Positions 51,619-59,138 of a stretch of 59,138 nt of DNA are shown here, piece by piece. This DNA is from Trichodelitschia bisporula (Eukaryota). The translations under genes and the position numbers were made by a program. The DNA is taken from NCBI GenBank assembly GCA_010356995.1, contig ML996694.1:62001-121138 (forward strand), read 5' to 3'. Each line of letters begins with the position of its first letter. Position 1 is the first letter of the stretch. Below the pieces are notes generated by a model that saw nothing but the letters and a program-made list of their open reading frames with translations, ran no database searches and was not told the origin of the DNA.

Positions 51619-53189
51619 AAAATGGAACCGGAAAAAAAACGACTAGAAACGACCACGACAATATCGTTGTCATGGTGTTTTACGATCTTATGATTGAGAC
51701 GAGCTGAAGTGGAGGGCTTTGCTGCTTGATCCACGAGTTCGCGCGGCTTTTTCGGAGGATGGGGTCTGGGAATCCTTTTCTCGCTGGGACATGTGCGCCA
51801 TTTGTGGTGCGGCCTGGGAGTCAAAGGTTCCTCATGGCAACGCCCGGCTCTGGATCATTCCTGCGTGTCTTTTTTTTATGTCCGGTGGCGCTTTGCTACT
51901 GCCGAGGGGGGATCAGGCGCTATATCCAATAGACGGTTTGTAATTTTTTGCGGTTTTTCTTTCTTGGGTCCCGCGGTGGGACATCTTCTCACCTCTGAAG
52001 CGCCTGCTTCGCCCAAAAGCTCGGGGTTTCGTCTGCTTCGCCGTTGTGTTTTTTGCTGCCATTTTGTGCGTGGGACCCGTGGGCCTTTTTCTCTCGCCTC
52101 CCACTGGGTTTCGGGCTGCGTGTCTGGGTTTGTTTTCGGTCTTCGTGTCGTCATTTGAAGCGGAAACACACAGCACACGTATTGCAAGGCGTTATTGGCG
52201 TTTTGTGGTTCGCGTTTTTGTGAGTGCGGTGCAGAGGCGGCCGTTTGTGTAAGTCACCAGGCCTTCTTTTCCGGCTCGGGCTTTGTCGCTGTCGTTTTTG
52301 GTTGCTGAAAAGCGAGGGGAGGGAGACTTCTTCAGGGGAAAGGATGACGCCGTGCGATGAGGAATGGATTTTATCGCCTGCATCTTCTTTCGACTGGGAG
52401 TCTTCTTCGCCTCGTCGCATGGTGGCAATGGTTGCTCTTGCCGTGTGTGCGCCGAGACGTGGACGGACGGGTTTGGGCTGGGGGGAGGTTGGCTGGACAT
52501 TGGGGATGGCTGGATGGGGTAGATTCCACTCGAGCTGGGCGAAGACGGGTGGTTTGGAGCTGGTGCAGCCGATAGGTCTAAGGCCTTTTGGGGGATCGGG
52601 GGCAATGGTGAACGTCTAGGCATCATTAGGCTCAGAATGAGGATATATCTTACTCTCTCAGTGTGCTTGCTGTGGTGATTTGTCGACTTGGGAGGAGTTG
52701 GTGAGGGTGTTAGGTATGTTTCATTTCTTGTTCTGGGCCCGCGCTGATGGTTTTAGGTGCAGAGGCGAGGGATTGGGACCTGATCTGCATATCGTGGGAG
52801 TGGTACGTGCAGGTGTAAGTGCCGCTCTGAGGACGAGATTATGCTGATGGACGGCGATAGGAAGCCCGTTCCAATGCCAGCATGTCGAACCAAACCACCG
52901 AACCATGGCGGAATGTTATTGCGAACTCTTTTCTAAGTTGATTATCGGTATGTCGTCTCCCCCGCGCGTAGCTGATTGGCCGCCGCCACCCGCGCGGCAA
53001 TCTTACCCCGCACTCGCACGGGCCCTACCGCATTGGCTCGTGCCTCAACGTCACCTCTTCCGTCCACGACACTCTTCCTCACCATACATACCCTCCCACA
53101 CTCTGGGTTCTGACTCCGCTGCGGATCTGGCTTACGGCGGTATGGACATGGGTGTTTGGTGAGTGTGTGGTTATGCTGTGTTCTATTTG

Positions 53190-53515
53190 GGCGGTAGCTG
53201 ATGGTGTGTATCCTTGATGGAAGGGTTTGTCGTCATTTGGCTGTTTTTGCGAGGCCCGCAGGCTGGGCGACGGCGGAGAAACGGAGCTGAGCTAGCAGCT
53301 TGGTTTAAGAAGGTGGTGAGGTGGGCTTCTAGGTTGGAAGGGTTTATCGTCATTTCCCTGTTTTCGCGAGTCCGGAGCTGGGGGACGGCTTCGTAGCTCA
53401 CCGAGCAAGCATCTTGGTACACGAAGGCGGCGGACTGTCCTCCTGCAGTTGGAAGGTTTTATCATCATCTCGCCCTTTGCGCTCGTCCGTTCGCTGGATG
53501 ACAGCTTCGTCTCTC
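53190..53515 (+). repeat. 3 x ~116-bp degenerate repeat derived from the WYTKAAD-GRLYHHLAILARP segment (gene 17238-17345)
   Basis: ggaagggtttgtcgtcattt (53219), ggaagggtttatcgtcattt (53336), ggaaggttttatcatcatct (53451). Confidence 0.8.
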
Positions 53516-53637
53516 GCGAAGCAAGCAGCGAGGATGTGGAAGCGTGGCATTCATTCCTTTCTGAAACTTCTTCGCTGTCGGATTTGACTGAGGATTTGAC
53601 TGACATTTTCTCAAGACCGTTCGCTGACCTCGGGCGT

Positions 53638-53926
53638 TTCTGGAGAGCACCGGGATCGGATGACTGAAGATCTAGGAGGAGCCCGAATGGCCTGCTTTTG
53701 GAGAGCCCGTGGACCGGATACCTGGATACCTAGGGAGATCCAAACAGCCTGCTTCTGGAGAGAACTTGGACCGGATGCCTGGGAGACCTTGATGGAGCCC
53801 AAATGGCCTGCTTTTGGAGAGCCCATGGACCAAATGCTCGAGGAACCCAGGAAAATGCAAACAGCCCGCTTCTGGAGAGAACCTGAACGGAATGCCTGGG
53901 AGACCTAGGAAGACCACAAATGGCCA
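53638..53926 (+). repeat. 5 x ~58-bp tandem repeat (A-B-A-B-A) derived from ETWIECLGDLGRYRMA
   Basis: Units start tt(c/t)tggagag at 53638, 53696, 53753, 53812 and 53870, and end alternately in aatggcc and aaacagcc. Confidence 0.85.
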
Positions 53927-54152
53927 GAACGCGTGTTGAGGCCTCCTGGTGCCGCACCCAGGCAAAGAGGGACTTCCAATGCCATGCTCGGGAATGAAGT
54001 ACGCTCTGTTAAGGAGGTCTCTTTCAACTTTTTTTATGATATTTCTAGCATCCCTCAAACACTTTCAAAGGCTTATGGCCCTCCCCCGGACTCTCCTTCA
54101 CGAGCACCATGACTTCTTCCTCGTCAGGCAGCATCTGATGGCGATGCCAGCG

Positions 54153-54349
54153 AGGATGTGGAAACATGGCTTCCATTTCCTTCTGAGCTTCTTCGCTACC
54201 GGGAGGTGGAAACATGGAATACCTTCCTTTCTGGCTCTTCTTCTCTACCTGGGGGTGGAAACATGGCATTCATTCCTTCCAGAGCTTCTTCACAGCCGGG
54301 ATGTGGAAACACGATGTTCATTCCTTCCTGGGACTCCTTCACTGCCGGC
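54153..54349 (+). repeat. 4 x ~49-bp tandem repeat of the MWKHGIHSFLELLRYR segment
   Basis: gtggaaaca core at ~54158, 54206, 54255 and 54303. Confidence 0.9.
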
Positions 54350-56045
54350 TTCCGGATAGCCTTGGATACATGCTGGCCTTCATCTATACAGCGAACCAAA
54401 TAATGTGTCTTCTGGTGGAGACCGTTCCTTCCTTCGACGGGACCTGGATCGAATGTTTGGGAGACCCCGCGAGGTACCGCATGGCCATCGAGGGTGAGCG
54501 TATGCAGACCGCGACATTTGGACTGGCGTTGCACGTTTTTGGTATACGAAGGCGTGCGACATTTGGACTGAAGTTGAACGTTTTGGTATACGAAGACGGC
54601 CGGCCGTGGGAGACCGATCGGCCGACTTCATCACATACCCGTCCCAAGACTCCAAGACCTGTTCCAGCGTCCGAGTCGAAGAGACGAGGAACCCAATCCA
54701 GACCCGCAGAGCCCGATCTCCCACGCGACCCCGGATGGCCTCCTTAATCCATGACCATATCCCCCGAGCAGTTGGCCACAGAAGTCAAGTATATATACCA
54801 GGGGCTCACAACGGTTCGAGTCGAAGTGCGGTCACGTCGACAAGTCCCAGGTCGCGGCTTTAAACGATGGTGCCCTCCTGGAGGATCCTCACTTCCAAGC
54901 CCTAGTTGCCCTCCACCGGACCCTTCTTCACGAGCATCATGACTTAATCCTCGCCAGCCAACATCATCTTGCCATTCTTGCTCGTCCCTTCTCCCTTTAC
55001 GAAGACCATGACTTTTTTCTCACCAGCCAGTATTCGATGATAACGCAGGGGGTTCCCAGAAATGAGCAAAAATGCACGATGCCGGCGAGGATGTGGAAAC
55101 ATGGCATTCACTCCTTCCTAGAGCTTCTTCACTCGCGGGTTCTGATGTAGGAACTTGCGGGGATTATGTGACTTTGTCAGTATCGCTATGTGGCTGGCGC
55201 AGCTGTTGAAGCGGCACTGCGCGCCCATGAGGGACAGCATGGTCGATCACATGGTGGATCGGCTGCGCGCTGGGATTCCGCCGGACGTACCCAAGGGACT
55301 GTTGGAGCTGTTTGGCGTTCTGGAGTCCATGAAGCTGGGTTGTATCCGTTTGCGTTGGAATGCTAGGATCTAACAGCGCAGGATGTGGCTAACCACCAAA
55401 TCCGGCACCTCTACTGCCTCATTGTGGACACCATCTCGTTCGAACAGGCATGTGGAAACATGGGAAATGTCCTTTTTTGGAGCTTCTTCGTCACCGGGAC
55501 TCTCCTCCACGAGCATCATGACTTCTTCCTCGCTAGCCAGTACCCGATGGCGACGCGTGCGCTCCCCAAACTCTGGCAAAATGTATGCGATGCCGGCGAG
55601 GATGTGGAAACATGGAATACCTTCACTTTCTGGAGCTTCTTCGCCGCTGGGGCGTGGAAACATGACATCCATTCCTTCCTGGAGCTCCCTCGCTGTCAGA
55701 CTCGATTCCGAACATTTGTCAACGCCGTTCACTAAATGATGGATCACCTCAGGCCTCTTGGACAGCACTTGGACCGAATGCCTGGGGCATCTTGGAAGAT
55801 ACCGAATGAACATAGTCAGGCAAAGCAACTTCAGGACCTTGCGGGGAACGAAAATGCGCTCCGCCAAAGACGTCTCTTCGGCTTGTTTCGCCACTCATAC
55901 GACCTGACGCGCCAAGAGGACACGATCCACAACACCTGTATGCGAATAGGTACACGCGCTTCAAATCAGAAGGACGTCTAGGTCTGCAGTGACGACGCAC
56001 CATCTGGATTTGACCGAAAGCGGCATTTTCCATGGAAGCTGACAA

Positions 56046-56481
56046 GCCGACTCCCAATACCCGTGGTACCTGAACAGCTGGCGACAGAAGTCAAGTCCAT
56101 ATATGCCGGCCTCACTATGGTCGAGGGAACTCAACAAGCCGACAAACGCTAACGACAGCGCCGGGAGATAGTCTTATCTCCACGGTACGCGCTTCCAAAC
56201 CCCTATCGCCGTCTATGGAATACTGGTCACCCACGAGTACCTCGACCGCTTCTTCGCCTCGTAGTATCCCGCCGGTCTGGACCGGGACACGGCTAACTTC
56301 CATAGGAAATGCCACTTCCGCCTGCTCTGGACCGGGAGACCGTTAACTTCTATGGGGAATGCCACTTCCGGCCACTCTGGACTGGGACACGGCTGAGTTG
56401 CCTCGACCATAGTGAGGCCGGCATACATGGACTTCACTCTTGCAGCCAGCTGTTCAGATACCGCGGGTATTGTGGGTCGGC
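56046..56481. repeat. Inverted repeat, 81-bp arms (56046-56126 / 56401-56481), enclosing a ~50-bp x2.5 tandem repeat
   Basis: Arms match at about 71 of 81 positions by hand alignment; the inner 25 bp (tatgccggcctcactatggtcgagg) are perfect. Confidence 0.9.
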
Positions 56482-56724
56482 ACGAATGCCAAATTTTTTT
56501 TTTCGAAAAGCAATAATCTCGAAGCACTCCAAGCGACAGATACGAAACCATACCTGCCCAAACTGGAAGTTTCGCAGATGTCCGACCAAGGAATGGAAAA
56601 CAGCCCGAACCGTAGACTCAGTACAACGTATGTCAGTCCACCACAAATAGAAACAATGAAACCCAACTTAAAGAACTTGGGCTTGTGTGGTGACCGTTCA
56701 CAGTTTCTCTCATGTGACTTCGTC

Positions 56725-57032
56725 CTAAGGGTTCTTGACGAATCTCTCCATCACGGTCAAGCCACGTGTGTCCTCCCCATCAGCCAGTCGAACCGTATTG
56801 ACGTCGAACTGGATGCCCATCTGCGCCAGCACGGCAAGGTGCCTGTTCGTGTGGGCTGAGGCGCTGGTGCTTGGTGGGTGGGCTGCGGTGATTTGGTCAT
56901 GCCTGGCAAGGTTTTCGGCCGTGAGAGGGCTGTAGCGGTGTTAGTGTACGGACTGCTGATGGGTGGGTGGAGTGAAAGGTGTTGGTTGTAAGGGAGGGCG
57001 AAGACTTACTTCGACGACTGGTTCTGTGCCAT
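56725..57032 (-). CDS. Small orphan protein (75 aa, MAQNQSSNPLTAENLARHDQ...MERFVKNP); complement(join(56725..56929,57010..57032))
   Basis: GTAAGT donor, CTAAC branch point and CAG acceptor give 228 nt in frame. TATAAA at 57270-57275 (-) with a CT/CA-rich leader. Confidence 0.6.
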
Positions 57033-57078
57033 GTGCGCGGTCGTGGTGGTGGTATTGGTGGCAGTCGTTGTTGAGGTG

Positions 57079-57188
57079 GGTATGGATGACGAAGAGAGCA
57101 AGCGAGTTGAGGGGCGGCTATGGATAACGAAGAGAGCAAGCGAGTTGAGGGGTGGGTATGGATGACGAAGAGAGTAAGAGAGTTTAGG
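57079..57188. repeat. ~38-bp tandem repeat x ~2.8 in the leader of the small orphan gene
   Basis: tatggatgacgaagagagcaagcgagttgagggg repeated. Confidence 0.9.
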
Positions 57189-57653
57189 AATGGAGGCTGA
57201 GTTGTTGCTAAGGGATTGGAAGGTGTAAACTGGAAGTGGTGATAGGGAAGTTGCTCGGCGGGACATGTCTTTATATCAAGCACATTTCACAGTTTTTACG
57301 CCTGCAACCTGCGATGGGAGGCAGTAGACCATACTTGCATTATGGCTGATAGATCCAGTCGAAACCAGCGAGCCGTGGTGCGCACCTTCATGGCGGGGGG
57401 TGGGTGAGGTGCGATGAGATAGTGTACATCAAGGGCGAACCCGTCGGTAACTAGGGTGCAATTCGTAGCGTGTTTTTTATTGGCCGCACACACGCGTCAA
57501 GGGCGGATCCCACTTGCAGATACACCCCGGTTGTGGTGTCGCTAAATTCATCTTGCGGTGCGCGAACCGTCTGCCTGAACACATCGAAGCAAGTTGCAGG
57601 ATATAAGCTTACTTGGGGCTCAACGACTGGCGTGTGGTGGATGTACGCACGTC

Positions 57654-58530
57654 CCCCCTGCGCCGAATGCGACCCAAAACGCAGTAGCCCTTACTCCGAC
57701 CTTACTCCGACCTGTTCTCTCAACGGAATGCGCCCTCTTTACCTCTTTATATACAAGTTTATATAAAAGTTCCAAAATCCGCCTGGACGCTTCCAGCCAA
57801 TAAAATCTCAAAATTCTCGAAAGCTGCAGAAAGGACCAAGGGCCATCCGAAAAAAAGCGTAGCCGTCTACTTCCCTCTCCTCCAATGACATGTTTATCAC
57901 ACAGCAAAAGATGAGGAAGGAGGGGGAACATGATACTTTAAGTTAGCCCTTGGAACTCGCTGTTGACAGGCGCGACCGATTCAACCCCGCCGTGCCCGCT
58001 TGGAAGGACGGAAGTCAAAGTCAGGCTCAGGCTGCAAAGCTGCAAGCAGGTTCTTCCACTCTAAAAGGAGCGTATGTAAGATTTACTGCATCACATGAGC
58101 AAGACGATGTACTAAACATTCTGCTTGCATTACATATGTATCTACTCGGTTTTGCAGCAAGTCACGCTTCAGCGGCAATATCGGAGAGCTCCGAGCGGGT
58201 GAATGTTCGACCTCTGGAACTTGGGACATAGTTGGTCGCTTGTCCAGGGAGTCTATCGGCGTCGCTCTTGCTCCAGAGCGTAGAGCTTGATCCAATCGCC
58301 GAAGCCTCATGTCAAAGCAGATTCCCAAGGGAATATCTCTCTGTGCATTACTGTCCACGGTATGGGAATACCTCTTTCATGTGGCGTCTGAACGCTCACC
58401 GGATTTTCGCAAACCTTTATTTCAACTTCAGATGGTGAAGCGCCCAATACTCGGGGAAGCACCGTCCACAGCATTCATCATGCACCAGAGAAATGATACC
58501 GTTGACCATCGTGTTTCCAGAGAGATGAGG
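57654..58530 (-). repeat. Inverted near-identical copy of 14890-15761, including the palindromic TATA at 57758-57767
   Basis: Reverse complement matches with few SNPs and short indels (11-bp tandem duplication ccttactccga; microhomology deletion at tcggc). Confidence 0.95.
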
Positions 58531-58730
58531 GAGACTTCTGCCTTGCCCCCTTTAGGGCGTCCTCCGATCACCTTTTGTCGCCTTTTTTTCGAGTCTTCGG
58601 CCTTGTCATCTATTCCAGATACATCGGACTCGGCCATTTTTCCACGGCCGCCCGATGATGCGATGGCCACAGGCTACCCGAAAACATCGTGGCCTCGCCA
58701 AACCACAACATAAGCTACAACTCAACCTGA

Positions 58731-59138
58731 AGGCTACTGCGTTTTGGGTCGCATTCGGCTCAGTGCTGGCCTCAGCGCAGGGGGGAGAAGCTGAGGCGAA
58801 ATTTTAAGCCGCAAGGCAACGGTGCGCGAACCACGCGGGATTACGTGTTGGCCCTCGCTCCGGCCCTTGTAACCACCAGCCCCATGAATGGAGGCCCACC
58901 AAACAACTGCTTTCGGGCGTCGAGGGCCGCGCTCCACAGAATGCGTACATGTTCAATCCAACTCCCTCGGATGATGATGATTCTGGTGCCATTGCTCGCA
59001 CTTTGTTAGATTCGGTCGCTATCAGCTTTCGACGCTTTCTAATCAAATCAAACTTTCACAACTTACTCTTCAAGACCGAGCCTAAATGCGTTCCCGAGGA
59101 TCTGAACTCGGCACGTTCACCGCAATGCGTGCCAGTCC
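58731..59138 (+). repeat. Direct copy of 15708-16050 carrying two extra segments
   Basis: Near-identical to locus 1 apart from insertions near 58835-58855 and 58880-58920. Confidence 0.95.
59086..59138 (+). CDS. Start of a second copy of the Est1/SMG6-like gene, truncated by the window edge
   Basis: MRSRGSELGTFTAMRAS versus MRSQGSELGTFTAMRAS at 15998. Confidence 0.7.
   Translation, partial: MRSRGSELGTFTAMRAS

Larger units (their letters stand above)
53190..56481 (+). pseudogene. Mosaic of shuffled, multiply repeated fragments of Est1/SMG6-like coding sequence
   Basis: Multiple degenerate copies of MWKHGIHSFLELL, LLHEHHDFFLASQH, TWIECLGDL, WYTKAAD..GRLYHHLAILARP and EQLATEVKSIY, out of gene order, with stops and frameshifts. 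Confidence 0.92.

Noticed and set aside
54153..54349. CRISPR-like appearance of regularly spaced GTGGAAACATGG cores
   Set aside because: The intervening sequence is homologous between units (whole-unit tandem repeats of coding sequence), not unique spacers. The context is eukaryotic and no cas genes are present.
53190..59138. Transposon as the explanation for the duplications
   Set aside because: No transposase, reverse transcriptase, tyrosine recombinase, LTRs or target-site duplications recognised in the window. An element extending beyond the right edge cannot be excluded.

Overview
Genomic DNA of a filamentous ascomycete (Pezizomycotina), judged from short GT..CTRAC..YAG introns and typical fungal gene families. 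Supported genes, left to right: PRCC-family protein (-), TORC2 subunit Sin1/Avo1 (+), CLC chloride transporter (+), secreted protein with PHM/DBH-like copper-ligand motifs (-), Est1/Ebs1/SMG6-like TPR + PIN-like protein (+, 15998-19033), MFS transporter (+), SAP/RRM Acinus-like protein (-), C-terminal Zn2Cys6 protein (+), Bol3/Aim1 (-), frameshifted RNase H1-like gene (+), Gac1-like CBM21 PP1 subunit (+) and a 75-aa orphan (-). The most unusual part is the last 6 kb. About 3.3 kb (53.2-56.5 kb) is a mosaic of short, shuffled, tandemly re-duplicated fragments of the conserved Est1-domain motifs, including an 81-bp hairpin. It is followed by a near-identical inverted copy of the gene's upstream/TATA region that points toward the mosaic and is bracketed by a perfect 28-bp inverted repeat. 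A second copy of the gene then starts at 59086 and runs off the window. All calls are by-eye motif recognition; no database searches were run.
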